Counted from the first letter of the stretch, positions 27,678 through 36,901 are shown. The stretch is DNA of 37,559 nt from Nitrospinales bacterium (GCA_046757665.1 JBHHYO010000017.1:1-37559); one strand, 5' to 3'. Translations and numbers: made by a program. Notes: generated by a model from the letters alone, not told the origin.

Positions 27678-28787
27678 ATGTTTAAACCCGCATTAAAGTT
27701 TATTCTTACAAGCGCCTTGGCCATAACACTTTTGTTATCATGCGATTATAACCTTTCATGGGCGAAGCATATCTCAAGGACAACGGGTGTTCCGGCTCGA
27801 CTGGCAACGGACTATATTTTCGCGGTCATCAAGGCAAACCGGACTTTCTACGCCAAACAAATTGTCGACCGCTTGCAAAAAAAGAATGTCATCCGGGCTT
27901 CGGAAAACTGGCGGCAGGACGATACTCTGCTGTTACCGGCGCAATTTCTCAAGCTCTCTTCCCGAGCCTCCAATTCCCGCGGGGTCGGCATGAGATACCG
28001 ATCGATCAGCCTCTGGCCGATCAACCCCGAAAACCTGCCCCGGTCGAAATTCAAGGAGGTGGGGTTGCAACAGGTGATCGAAAACCCCGAAAAACCGTTT
28101 ACCTGGATCATTCAAAGGGAAGGCATGTGGTATTTTCAGGCGATTTATCCCGACCTGGCTCTGTCGGAGTCCTGCGTCACCTGCCACAACGGCCATCCGA
28201 AAAGCACTAAAAAGGATTTCAAGGTGGGAGACGTCATGGGCGGAATCGCCATTGATCTTCCCTTGGGCAGACACATGAAGCACATCGAAAAAACGGAGTT
28301 TTTACTGCCTCCGGAAATTGTGGCCGATTATATTCACTCGGTCATCGAATCGGACAGGATCATTTACGGCAAATACATTGTTGACCGGTTGCAGAGCAAA
28401 AACATCCTTTATGCCACGGAGCACTGGAAGGAAAAAAACGCCCTGCCGCTTCCGGCGCAGTTTTTGTCAAACGCCACGGCGCTGATTGAGGAAGACCATG
28501 TCCTCGTGGATTGCCGGTTGATCAGCCTGTGGCCCATCAACGCCCACAACGCCCCGGCCAACGAATTCGAGCGGCTCGGCCTGGAGTCCGTGGATATTCA
28601 TCCCCTGCGTCCTTATACCGCGCATACCAAGCGGGGCAAGACCAGGTATTTTCAAGCGGTATTCCCGGACTTTGCCATCACGCAGGCTTGTGTCAATTGC
28701 CACAATGCTTACTTGAAGGGGAAAAAACATGTGTTCAAGTTGAACGATGTCATGGGAGGCATTGTCGTCGCGTTCCCCATACAATAG
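27678..28787 (+). CDS. Di-heme c-type cytochrome with two Tll0287-like (DUF3365) domains
   Basis: Two homologous halves (LPAQFL, ISLWPIN, YFQA, DVMGG), each with CxxCH (CVTCH, CVNCH); signal or lipoprotein-like N-terminus (LLLSC); AGGAGG RBS. Confidence 0.85.
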   Translation: MFKPALKFILTSALAITLLLSCDYNLSWAKHISRTTGVPARLATDYIFAVIKANRTFYAKQIVDRLQKKNVIRASENWRQDDTLLLPAQFLKLSSRASNSRGVGMRYRSISLWPINPENLPRSKFKEVGLQQVIENPEKPFTWIIQREGMWYFQAIYPDLALSESCVTCHNGHPKSTKKDFKVGDVMGGIAIDLPLGRHMKHIEKTEFLLPPEIVADYIHSVIESDRIIYGKYIVDRLQSKNILYATEHWKEKNALPLPAQFLSNATALIEEDHVLVDCRLISLWPINAHNAPANEFERLGLESVDIHPLRPYTAHTKRGKTRYFQAVFPDFAITQACVNCHNAYLKGKKHVFKLNDVMGGIVVAFPIQ

Positions 28788-28834
28788 GGGGACCCCGCCG
28801 GGAGGACGACAATGGGACCGCTGGCGGGTTGTTT

Positions 28835-30655
28835 TCACATGAACCAGTGGAGGATTTTTTCCTCGACGTTGCTGAACCAAATCTGCGCCTCGATGGGGAT
28901 CAGGCTGTTGAGGTAGGTCAGATAGCCCATCATCAGGGCCGCGCCGAGGGCTATCAATAAAAGCCCGCTGAACAGGTTCGTGGTGTGCAGGAGCAGGACA
29001 CGGCCGCCGACTTGCACGTCCCATCCTTTGCCTCGCAGGATTCTCCAGAACAAACTGTCCTTGCTGAGATGGCCGAAAAAGGTGGAGATGACGATCAACG
29101 GCAGGCCCAGCCCCAGGGCGTAGGAAAACAGCAGGATCATGGCCTGAACGATGGTTTTGTCCGTCGCCGCCAGGATCAGGATGCCGGACAGAATCGGCCC
29201 GACGCAGGGCGTCCAGCCCAGCGCGAAGGTGGCGCCGAACATGAAAGAGCCGGCGTAGGTGGAGGCGGGGCGGCTCCTGAAACTGGCCCCCGAAAACCCT
29301 TTGCCGAAAAGCGTCATGATGCCGAAAACGACGACGAACGCGCCGCCGTAGGTGGTCAGCGAGTCCATGTAATCGCGCAGGATTTTTCCGGCAAAGCTGG
29401 CGGATGCGCCCATCAAGACGAACAGCGTCGCCAAGCCGAAGAAGAACGCCACCGACATCATGCTCATGCGCGCCCGTTCCGCCTGCGCGGTCACCGCAAA
29501 ATAGGCGGGCAAAATGGGCAGGGTGCAGGGGGACAAAAAACTCAGCACGCCGGCGAGAAATGAAAGGAATATCAAAACCAGAATTCCGGATTGGGGAAGG
29601 TTGGGTTTCGCCTCGAAGGGATTAAAGGGGGCGACGGCGGACGCCTCGGCGACGGACGATGCGGTTTGTGGAGCTTCGCTGGCCCCGCCGGGGCGGCCCG
29701 CGGGTTCGGCCTGCTTGCCGGAAAAACCTCCGGCCAGCGTATCGCCGCCGACCGACGCGGCAAGGCCGGTTTGCGCCACCTTGGGTTTTTTGTCGCCGAC
29801 GCAACGGAACCCGACATCGGGCGCGGCGTCATCCGGAAGCGCCGGTTGGCGGTAGCCGCCGCGGGAATATTGTTTCAGCACCTCCTCATAAGACACGCCG
29901 GGGAAGTGGCCGATATACGCCGCCGACGCGCCGCGGAGCACCTTGTATCGCCCGTCGTATTGGGGAGACCGGTAGTTGCCGCCCTTGTAAGGCGCATAAT
30001 CGCTCGCCGTCCATTCCCAGACATTGCCGATCAGGTCGTGCGCGCCTTCCGGTGAGGCTCCGCCGGGGAAGGAGCCGACCGTGGCGATTTTGGTTTTGCC
30101 GCCGGCCTTGGGAGCCAGGTTGGCGTTTTCAATATGAAACTCGTTTCCCCAGGGGTACTCGTTGCCGTTGGGTCCGCGGGCGGCGCGTTCCCATTCTTTC
30201 TCGGTCGGCAGGCGCTTGCCCGCCCACGCGCAAAAGTTCGCGGCGTCAAACCAGTTCACCTCGGTCACGGGGTCGTCGCCCCGGCCCTCCGGGAACCGGT
30301 TGTCCCGCCAATGCGGCGGAGGAATGGCGCCCGCGGCGTCAACGTAAATCTTGTACCGGCGGTTGGTCACCTCATACCGGTCCATATAAAACGCTTTGAG
30401 GAACACTCGTTGCTGTGGGTTTTCATCCGCGTACCAGGGTTTGGGAATCCCCACGGACAAGGCGTTGCCGGTCGCGTCCCGCCGGTCGGTGCCGAACGAA
30501 AAAATGCCGGCCGGGATTAAAACCATGTCCGCTTCCAGCCGGTTGTCGCGGGGAGGGTCCTGCTCTGCGGCTTCAGCCGGATAAAATCCCGGCGCCGCCG
30601 CAAGCGTCGTCAGAAGAAACAGCAGTCTAAAAAGTTGCATGGCCATTCGTGGCAA
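28835..30655 (-). CDS. Fusion of FGE-sulfatase (SUMF1/EgtB-like) domain and CcdA/DsbD-beta transmembrane redox domain
   Basis: FGE motifs (YEVTN, PVTEVNWFDA, RLPTEKEWERAARG, YPWG, GNVWEW, GFRC), a low-complexity linker, then SFLSPCTLPILPAY and ALGWTPCVGPIL. Confidence 0.88.
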   Translation of the reverse strand: MPRMAMQLFRLLFLLTTLAAAPGFYPAEAAEQDPPRDNRLEADMVLIPAGIFSFGTDRRDATGNALSVGIPKPWYADENPQQRVFLKAFYMDRYEVTNRRYKIYVDAAGAIPPPHWRDNRFPEGRGDDPVTEVNWFDAANFCAWAGKRLPTEKEWERAARGPNGNEYPWGNEFHIENANLAPKAGGKTKIATVGSFPGGASPEGAHDLIGNVWEWTASDYAPYKGGNYRSPQYDGRYKVLRGASAAYIGHFPGVSYEEVLKQYSRGGYRQPALPDDAAPDVGFRCVGDKKPKVAQTGLAASVGGDTLAGGFSGKQAEPAGRPGGASEAPQTASSVAEASAVAPFNPFEAKPNLPQSGILVLIFLSFLAGVLSFLSPCTLPILPAYFAVTAQAERARMSMMSVAFFFGLATLFVLMGASASFAGKILRDYMDSLTTYGGAFVVVFGIMTLFGKGFSGASFRSRPASTYAGSFMFGATFALGWTPCVGPILSGILILAATDKTIVQAMILLFSYALGLGLPLIVISTFFGHLSKDSLFWRILRGKGWDVQVGGRVLLLHTTNLFSGLLLIALGAALMMGYLTYLNSLIPIEAQIWFSNVEEKILHWFM

Positions 30656-30715
30656 CTCGAACGGACAACCGCCGTCAAGCAGGCAATAAGGATGGATAAT
30701 GGAATTGGGTCGATG

Positions 30716-31336
30716 TCACTCCTTTTTCAACAAATTCTTGAAAAAGGTGATATTCCTGGGAGCCGACCAGTCTTCCGCGCCGCCGAGCACGCCGATGATC
30801 TTGCCCTCCGGGTCGATCAGGAACGTCGTCGGCAAACTGACGACCCCGAACCGTTTGCTGACCCGCAAAATCGGATCCAGCAGTACGGTGAATGTGAATC
30901 CATGTGTTTCAATAAAAGGTCTGACGATCTTTTCGCCGAACATGTCGTTGGAGATGGCGAGCACGTCGAATTTTTCTATCTTAAACTGCCGGTACAGCGC
31001 CTCGATGGAAGGCATTTCAACCTTGCAGGGCGCGCACCACGTAGCCCAAAAATTGACCAGCAGGTACTTGCCCCTGTAATCCTGCAGGCTGACCGACTTC
31101 CCGTCCAGGGATTTTAAGGTAAACTCCGGGGCCGGGTCCCCCTTTACGGCCGCGGCGGCGGGCAGGCTGAAAAAGAGGATGAGGAATAAACCAATGGGAA
31201 ATACAAATTTGCGCAGTCGTCTACACACGGAGAAACAGAACACGTGGGGAATTAATCGGTTGCCGAAAAAGTCGGTTGAATGGATATCATGCCGGGCCTG
31301 TTCGGAGCATGGGTTCCTCGGCGGGGTTCGAGACAA
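30716..31336 (-). CDS. TlpA/ResA-family thiol:disulfide interchange protein
   Basis: APEFTL, LVNFWATWCAPCKVEMP, LPTTFLIDPEG; the true start is probably downstream (about 31230). Confidence 0.9.
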   Translation of the reverse strand: MSRTPPRNPCSEQARHDIHSTDFFGNRLIPHVFCFSVCRRLRKFVFPIGLFLILFFSLPAAAAVKGDPAPEFTLKSLDGKSVSLQDYRGKYLLVNFWATWCAPCKVEMPSIEALYRQFKIEKFDVLAISNDMFGEKIVRPFIETHGFTFTVLLDPILRVSKRFGVVSLPTTFLIDPEGKIIGVLGGAEDWSAPRNITFFKNLLKKE

Positions 31337-31339
31337 GCT

Positions 31340-31570
31340 TTACGGAACCTGCTCGATACAGCGCACCATGGGGATGGCTTTTTTCAAGGCCCGCTCGATC
31401 CCCATTTTAAGCGTCATCAGCGAGCTGGAGCAAGACGCGCACGCCCCCACCAGGCGGACCTTGACGATGCCATCCTCCACGGCCACCAGCTCCACGTTGC
31501 CGCCATCCTGGAGCAAGGCGGGACGCAGGGTTTCCAGAACTTCTTCCACTTCCGCTTCCATGAGTTTCAC
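31340..31570 (-). CDS. NifU C-terminal domain / Nfu-type Fe-S scaffold
   Basis: [30 protein letters not shown]. Confidence 0.92.
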   Translation of the reverse strand: MKLMEAEVEEVLETLRPALLQDGGNVELVAVEDGIVKVRLVGACASCSSSLMTLKMGIERALKKAIPMVRCIEQVP

Positions 31571-31610
31571 TCGAAGGTCGGTTCGTAAAATTTCCCGTAC
31601 ACCGGCGCCG

Positions 31611-31877
<267 letters not shown>

Positions 31878-31925
31878 TCAACAGGATTATCGATACCCGG
31901 TCGAACGCCAAAAGGCGAGGCGGTT

Positions 31926-32381
31926 TTAATCGTTGCGCCTCTCAAATTTCCGCTCGTCGGGATTCCATGAAAAAAAAGCCTCATCCTTGACCTTGCGGTC
32001 GTACACGGAAACCACAAGATAACCGGCACCCGGGTAAAGAGGTTGTCCTTCAAACAAGGCCATCCTCTCATCCTCCTCGGAGAAATAAGCTCCGTGGTCC
32101 GGATGGGAGTGATAAAAGACCTTCACCGCCATGTCTTTTTCCCGGACCTGCTTGAGAATGCTCATAAGCTCCTTGGGATCGATATAAAACGCCGTCCGCG
32201 CGTCCCTGGTGAAAGTCCGAGGGTCCTTTTGGTGGAGCTTGTCTTGGATGTTGGTACAGCGAAACAGGATGTCGTCGTCCGCCGCCGCCTTGCCGATAAT
32301 GATTCCGCAACATTCAAATGGGTATTCCGCGACGGCGTGCCGACGGACCGCTTCCCGGTGTTCCGGTGTCAATGGAATCAT
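31926..32381 (-). CDS. JAB/Mov34/MPN+ metallopeptidase (M67 family, Mec-like)
   Basis: YPFECCG and YHSHP..AYFSEED (JAMM motif), YLVVSV. Confidence 0.9.
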   Translation of the reverse strand: MIPLTPEHREAVRRHAVAEYPFECCGIIIGKAAADDDILFRCTNIQDKLHQKDPRTFTRDARTAFYIDPKELMSILKQVREKDMAVKVFYHSHPDHGAYFSEEDERMALFEGQPLYPGAGYLVVSVYDRKVKDEAFFSWNPDERKFERRND

Positions 32382-32386
32382 TATTT

Positions 32387-32415
32387 ATTCTGAAATCTTG
32401 CCAAGGGAATGTCAA
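32387..32415 (-). promoter_or_regulatory. Putative internal sigma70 promoter directly ahead of the JAB start codon
   Basis: TTGACA-N17-CAGAAT, followed after 5 nt by the ATG. Confidence 0.5.
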
Positions 32416-32456
32416 ATAGTTTCTGATGTTCCGGCGGGCGGCCCACTCTCTTGAAC

Positions 32457-32756
32457 TCAGATATGGGTGCGGACTTCCAGGTCGTCCTTGACCGTCAACT
32501 GACATGCCAGGCGGATATTGGGATTTTTTTTCAACCGGTTCTTGAGTTTTTCCTTTTCCCGGTCGTTGGGCGGGTCCACCTGGCCCGAGACAATTTCCAC
32601 GGCGCAGGTTCCGCACAAGGAGTTGCCGCGGCAGTTCAGAATTTTAAAAACGTGGGGATAAACGCTTATATACTCCTTGATGGCGGCTTCCCGCAAATTG
32701 GCGCCGGTTTCCACGGTGATTTTTCTCTTCTGATTGACAAAAGACACTACCGGCAT
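32457..32756 (-). CDS. 2Fe-2S ferredoxin
   Basis: NCRGNSLCGTCAVEI and RLACQ; start placed at ATG 32756 after a GGGGAGGA RBS. Confidence 0.9.
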   Translation of the reverse strand: MPVVSFVNQKRKITVETGANLREAAIKEYISVYPHVFKILNCRGNSLCGTCAVEIVSGQVDPPNDREKEKLKNRLKKNPNIRLACQLTVKDDLEVRTHI

Positions 32757-32851
32757 GGATGTTGTTCCTCCCCCGAAAAACCGTTTGTCGCGTTGCGCGC
32801 CACCTGCCGCGCCAGAGTTCCGCGGCTGAAATCCATTGTACCCCACCCGGC

Positions 32852-33886
32852 TCAATTGATACAGACTTTCCGCATTTCGGAAAAGTTGTCGAGGACGGCC
32901 CCGGCGCCCTTGACGATACTGAGGAGGGGGCTTTCCGGGATATAGACACTCAAGCGGGTTTTCTCCTCGACCATTTTATCCAGCCCGCGAATCAGCCCGC
33001 CGCCGCCGGTCAAATAAATGCCGTTCTCATGAATGTCCGCCGAAAGTTCGGGAGGTGTTTTTTCCAAGGCTCGCAACACCACGCCGATGATGGCGGCCAC
33101 CGGCTCTTTCATGGCCTCGCGAATTTCCTCGTCGTTGACGACGATGGATTCAGGCACTCCGTCCCTCACGCTCAACCCCTTGACCCCCGTGCTCAAGCGC
33201 TCCACCAGGGGAAAAGCGCTACCGACCTTGATTTTCGTACGCTCCGCCTCGAAAATACCGATACTCAATTGATGCTGGAGCCGCATGTAGCGCATGATCG
33301 CCTCATCCATTTCATCCCCGGCGACCCGGATCGATTCTCCATAGGCGATGGCGGAAAGCGAGATCACGGCGACATCCGTCGTGCCGCCGCCGATATCGAT
33401 GACCAGGTTGCCTTCGGGTTTGTGGACGGGGATACCCACGCCGATCGCGGCGGACATCGGTTCCTGAATCAGATGCACCTTGCGGACGCCGGCCAGAAGC
33501 GCGGCATCGATCACGGCCTTCTTTTCCACCTGGGTGATGCAGGTGGGAATCCCTATCACCATGCGCGGCTTGATGAAGCAAAACTTGTTCAGCACCTTTT
33601 TGATGAAGTAGGTGATCATTTTGCTGGTGACTTCGAAATCGGCAATCACCCCGTCCTTCATCGGGCGGATGGCGCGCACCCGATGCGGGGTGCGTCCATA
33701 CATTTGCTTGGCCTCCGCGCCGACCGCCTCGACCCTTCCCCGCTCGGCATCGACGGCCACCACGGAAGGCTCGTTGAGAATAATGCCCCGGTCCTTGACG
33801 TAAACCAGCGTGTTCGCCGTTCCCAGGTCCATGGCCATGTCCATGGAAAACTTGCTCAGAAAATCGCTGACGAGTCTAGTGATCAT
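32852..33886 (-). CDS. mreB: MreB/Mbl-family actin-like protein (orphan, no mreCD)
   Basis: MDLGTANTLVY, NEPSVVA, RPMKDGVIADF, EPMSAAIG, DIGGGTTDVAVIS, AGDEMD, LTGGGGLIRGL. Confidence 0.92.
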   Translation of the reverse strand: MITRLVSDFLSKFSMDMAMDLGTANTLVYVKDRGIILNEPSVVAVDAERGRVEAVGAEAKQMYGRTPHRVRAIRPMKDGVIADFEVTSKMITYFIKKVLNKFCFIKPRMVIGIPTCITQVEKKAVIDAALLAGVRKVHLIQEPMSAAIGVGIPVHKPEGNLVIDIGGGTTDVAVISLSAIAYGESIRVAGDEMDEAIMRYMRLQHQLSIGIFEAERTKIKVGSAFPLVERLSTGVKGLSVRDGVPESIVVNDEEIREAMKEPVAAIIGVVLRALEKTPPELSADIHENGIYLTGGGGLIRGLDKMVEEKTRLSVYIPESPLLSIVKGAGAVLDNFSEMRKVCIN

Positions 33887-35321
33887 GCGTCGCTTCCAGG
33901 GGCCGAATGGCCCGCGCCCAGGACAGGTTGGCCAACTCGCCCAGATGGACGCCTTCCGCGGGATACGTCGCCAGCCCCAATTCCACTTCCACCTGCAATG
34001 ACTGCCGGTCCACGTAAAAAGGCGTTTTCTCGAACACCTGCCTCAGTTTCGTCTCAAGGTTTTCGATCTCCGCGTGCTGTGTTTTCATTATCAGAATCAA
34101 CAACGTCGTGTCCGAGTATTTGAACAAAAACTTGGGCGAGGGAATGACCTTCGTGAGCATGGCGACGACCTGGCGCAACAGATGATCGCCCAGCGTCACG
34201 CCATGAATCTCATAAAGCTTATGCAAGTTGCTTAGATGAACGGACAACAGGAACACCGGACGGTTGCCGACAAAAACTTCCCGCTCGATTTTTTCCTGGT
34301 ATTCCACCAGACAACGGTAATTGGGAATTTGCGTCACCTGGTCGAGATTTTTGTCGTAGTCCCATTGGCGCTTCTCCCGGGCGTAAAACAGGGCCGGCGC
34401 CACACTGCTTCCCAGAATGTTCATTCGCCGCAGATGACTGCCGGTCAGGCCGGGAGCCTCGCGCACGGCGCAAACCAGCGCCGCCAGCAACCGCCCCTGA
34501 AAAACAACGGGAACGGCAAGGGCGGCGGCGAAATGACCCAGGCCCTCATTTTCGCGGAACAATACCCCGTGCCGCTTGCCCTGGCCGCCGGAAAGAAGGC
34601 TGACCGGGTTTTTCAGACAGGAACCGACCAGACCTCTGCCGGGCGTTACGCTCCAGTTCGTCAAATCCCGGCCCCAGCCCTCATGGAGCGTCACTTTGCC
34701 CGTCCGCTTGTCCTCCTCCACCCAGACGACCGCCCGGGCATCGCATTGCACAATGGACGGCGGAATGCGAATCATCTTTTCGGCCATGCCCGCGGGGTGA
34801 AGCGACGCGGCAACCGACTGGCTGTATTGAAGCAAATCCCCATAAGGAAACCCATCGTCATCCGACCCGGCGGCCAACTGCTTTTCGCGGCACAGATGCT
34901 CCGCCATCTGCTCGGCGAACCCGGCAACGATTTTTTGCGACCGCGCCGTAAAACGATAACTCTCCTTGCTGTCCACCACCAGAACTCCCAGCAACTCGCC
35001 GGCCGCCACCGGCACGGCCAGAAAATCTTTCAGCGCCTCCTTTTTTTTGTACAACTTGAGACTGGAGGAGCCGCTGTGAAAAAACTCCTCAAGATAAGGC
35101 TCCCCGTTTTCCGCCACCCAGCCGATGGGCCCGTCGCCATAGGCGATGGAGGCCTTCTCGTCAAGGTGCAGACTCAGGCTGTGAAACGCCTTTAACGACA
35201 AAATTTTTTTCTCGGGGTCGGCAACGAACAACGCCGTGGTAAAAGCGCTGATCACATTGCTGGTCAACTCGACCAGTTGGACTAAAGATTGGTGCGAAGA
35301 GGACATTTGGGGAGAGGACAT
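33876..35321 (-). CDS. GAF-GAF-degenerate GGDEF domain protein
   Basis: Two GAF-like domains (GPIGWVAENG..LAVPV..GVLVVDS; GLVGSC..LAVPV), then DQVTQIPNYR..HGVTLGDHLL..KYSDTTL..LGLATYP; start placed at ATG 35321 or 35306 (ORF open to 35369). Confidence 0.8.
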   Translation of the reverse strand: MSSPQMSSSHQSLVQLVELTSNVISAFTTALFVADPEKKILSLKAFHSLSLHLDEKASIAYGDGPIGWVAENGEPYLEEFFHSGSSSLKLYKKKEALKDFLAVPVAAGELLGVLVVDSKESYRFTARSQKIVAGFAEQMAEHLCREKQLAAGSDDDGFPYGDLLQYSQSVAASLHPAGMAEKMIRIPPSIVQCDARAVVWVEEDKRTGKVTLHEGWGRDLTNWSVTPGRGLVGSCLKNPVSLLSGGQGKRHGVLFRENEGLGHFAAALAVPVVFQGRLLAALVCAVREAPGLTGSHLRRMNILGSSVAPALFYAREKRQWDYDKNLDQVTQIPNYRCLVEYQEKIEREVFVGNRPVFLLSVHLSNLHKLYEIHGVTLGDHLLRQVVAMLTKVIPSPKFLFKYSDTTLLILIMKTQHAEIENLETKLRQVFEKTPFYVDRQSLQVEVELGLATYPAEGVHLGELANLSWARAIRPLEATHDH

Positions 35322-35326
35322 TTGGG
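35298..35326. repeat. 15-bp-period tandem duplication AGAGGACATTTGGG
   Basis: Copies at 35298-35311 and 35313-35326; encodes QMSSP-QMSSS on the minus strand, giving two in-frame ATGs. Confidence 0.75.
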
Positions 35327-35416
35327 ACGGACGAAAAGCCGTTTGAAGGAGAACGAAAATAAATTTCAATAACCCAAAGGCCGGGGTCCGAACCGTTGAC
35401 GCGCGGCCTTGGCATC

Positions 35417-35445
35417 ATATTATAGGCGAAGGCCATAACTGTCAA
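35417..35445 (-). promoter_or_regulatory. Putative sigma70 promoter of the GAF-mreB operon
   Basis: TTGACA followed by TATAAT (15-nt spacer) or TAATAT (17-nt spacer). Confidence 0.55.
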
Positions 35446-35545
35446 TAAGTTAAAATCTCTCACCCGGAGCGCGCAAGTCGGCGGCAGGGTAAATCCGCCA
35501 TCGGCAACGCCCGCCCAAATTCCTCTCGCTTGATGAAACTTGCCC

Positions 35546-35554
35546 TGTTAAAAT
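35546..35554 (+). promoter_or_regulatory. Putative extended -10 promoter for the sulfite dehydrogenase
   Basis: TGtTAAAAT, then a GGAGG RBS before GTG 35585. Confidence 0.4.
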
Positions 35555-35584
35555 AACCCGTCCTGTCTCTGCTCGGAGGATTCC

Positions 35585-36901
35585 GTGCACAACAAAAAAG
35601 AACGCGGCCTGTGGGAGCTTTACCGCAACGACCCGGAAAAAGCCGACGCCGAAATCTGGGGCCGGAAAACCGACCCGCTGTCGCGCCGCGGTTTCCTGAA
35701 ACAATGCGGATTGACCACCCTGGCGCTGGCTGTCGGTTCCGCCATTCCCTTTCACCGCAACATGCCCGCCGGGCTCATCCCGGCGGCTTTTGCCGATACC
35801 ACCGAGGAGTTTGCCCTCCCCGGAAAAAACGGCCTCGTCGTCCTGAACGACCGGCCCGTCAACGCGGAAACGCCGCCCCACCTGCTGGACGACGAGTTCA
35901 CCCCCAACGCCCGGCATTTCGTGCGTAACAACGGCTTGCCGTCCGCGCTCGCACAGAGCGGCGACGCCGCCGGCTGGCAACTGAAAATCGACGGCGAAGT
36001 GCACCACCCCCTGTCGTTGAACCTCGAACAGTTGAAACAATTCAAATCCTACACATACTATTTGCAAATCGAATGCGGCGGCAACGGGCGCGCCGGCTTC
36101 CGCCCCGCCGCAAAGGGCAACCAGTGGACCTTCGGCGCCGTCGCCTGCGCCGCCTGGACCGGAGTCCGCATGAAAGACATCCTGCGGCAAGCCGGACTCA
36201 AAAGCACCGCCGTTTACACCGGTTACTACGGCGACGACCTGCACCTGAGCATGAACCCGAAAAAAGCGCCGATCTCCCGCGGCACGCCCATCGACAAGGC
36301 CATGCAGGACCATACCCTGATCGCCTGGGCCATGAACGGCGAACCCATTCCCATGCTTCACGGGTTCCCCGTGCGCGTCGTGACGCCGGGCTGGCCCGGC
36401 TCCACCTCCATCAAGTGGCTGAAACGAATCTTTATCCGCGACAAAGTGCACGACGGGCCGAAGATGAACGGCTATTCCTACCGCGTGCCGAAATACCCCG
36501 TGCCGCCGGGAACGCAGGTCGCCGAGGCGGATATGAAAATCATCGAGTCCATGCCGGTCAAGTCCCTGATCACCCGCCCGCGAACCGGAACCAAAATCCC
36601 GTTCGGCCGGCCCCTTGCCTTGCGCGGCCATGCCTGGGCCGGCGACCGCGGGGTGACGGCAATGCACGTCACCAACGACTTCGGCATGACCTGGGTTCGG
36701 GCCGCGTTAAAAGAACCGGCCAATCCCTTTGCCTGGCAACAATGGCACGCCACGCTCGCCTTCCCTTCAAAAGGATATTATGAGGTCTGGGCGCGGGCGA
36801 CCGACGACGCCGGCGTCATGCAACCCATGGTGGTCCCCGGATGGAACCCCAAGGGCTACCTCAACAACGCCATGCACCGCATCGCCGTGATCGTGGTCTG
36901 A
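35585..36901 (+). CDS. Tat-exported molybdopterin sulfite dehydrogenase (sulfite oxidase family, SorT/SorA/SoxC-like)
   Basis: SRRGFLK Tat motif, NAETP, HFVRNN, ECGGNGR (Mo-ligating Cys), WTGV, MNGEPIPMLHGFPVR..PGW..SIKWL, VKSLI, RATD..QP, WNPKGYLNN. Confidence 0.92.
   Translation: MHNKKERGLWELYRNDPEKADAEIWGRKTDPLSRRGFLKQCGLTTLALAVGSAIPFHRNMPAGLIPAAFADTTEEFALPGKNGLVVLNDRPVNAETPPHLLDDEFTPNARHFVRNNGLPSALAQSGDAAGWQLKIDGEVHHPLSLNLEQLKQFKSYTYYLQIECGGNGRAGFRPAAKGNQWTFGAVACAAWTGVRMKDILRQAGLKSTAVYTGYYGDDLHLSMNPKKAPISRGTPIDKAMQDHTLIAWAMNGEPIPMLHGFPVRVVTPGWPGSTSIKWLKRIFIRDKVHDGPKMNGYSYRVPKYPVPPGTQVAEADMKIIESMPVKSLITRPRTGTKIPFGRPLALRGHAWAGDRGVTAMHVTNDFGMTWVRAALKEPANPFAWQQWHATLAFPSKGYYEVWARATDDAGVMQPMVVPGWNPKGYLNNAMHRIAVIVV

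Noticed and set aside
29800-30530. Active formylglycine-generating enzyme
   Set aside because: The catalytic cysteine pair is missing and no sulfatase gene is in the window.
27145-30655. Diversity-generating retroelement (FGE/C-type-lectin-fold target plus a near-identical repeat pair)
   Set aside because: No reverse transcriptase is present, the repeats are non-coding and do not match the FGE gene, and the mismatches are not adenine-specific on either strand.
32457-32756. Ubiquitin-like partner for the JAB peptidase
   Set aside because: It has the full 2Fe-2S cysteine set and ends in RTHI, with no C-terminal GG.
32852-33886. MamK / magnetosome actin
   Set aside because: The motifs are canonical MreB (DLGTANT, EPSVVA, RPMKDGVIADF) and no mam genes are adjacent.
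33876-34360. Active diguanylate cyclase
   Set aside because: The GG(D/E)EF motif is replaced by SDTTL and the metal-binding D-x-D is absent (VHLSNL).
35409-35426. sigma54 promoter (TTGGCATCATATTATA), and similar TGGCA/CGGCAC sites at 26937 and 27570
   Set aside because: The conserved GC at -12 is absent in each case.
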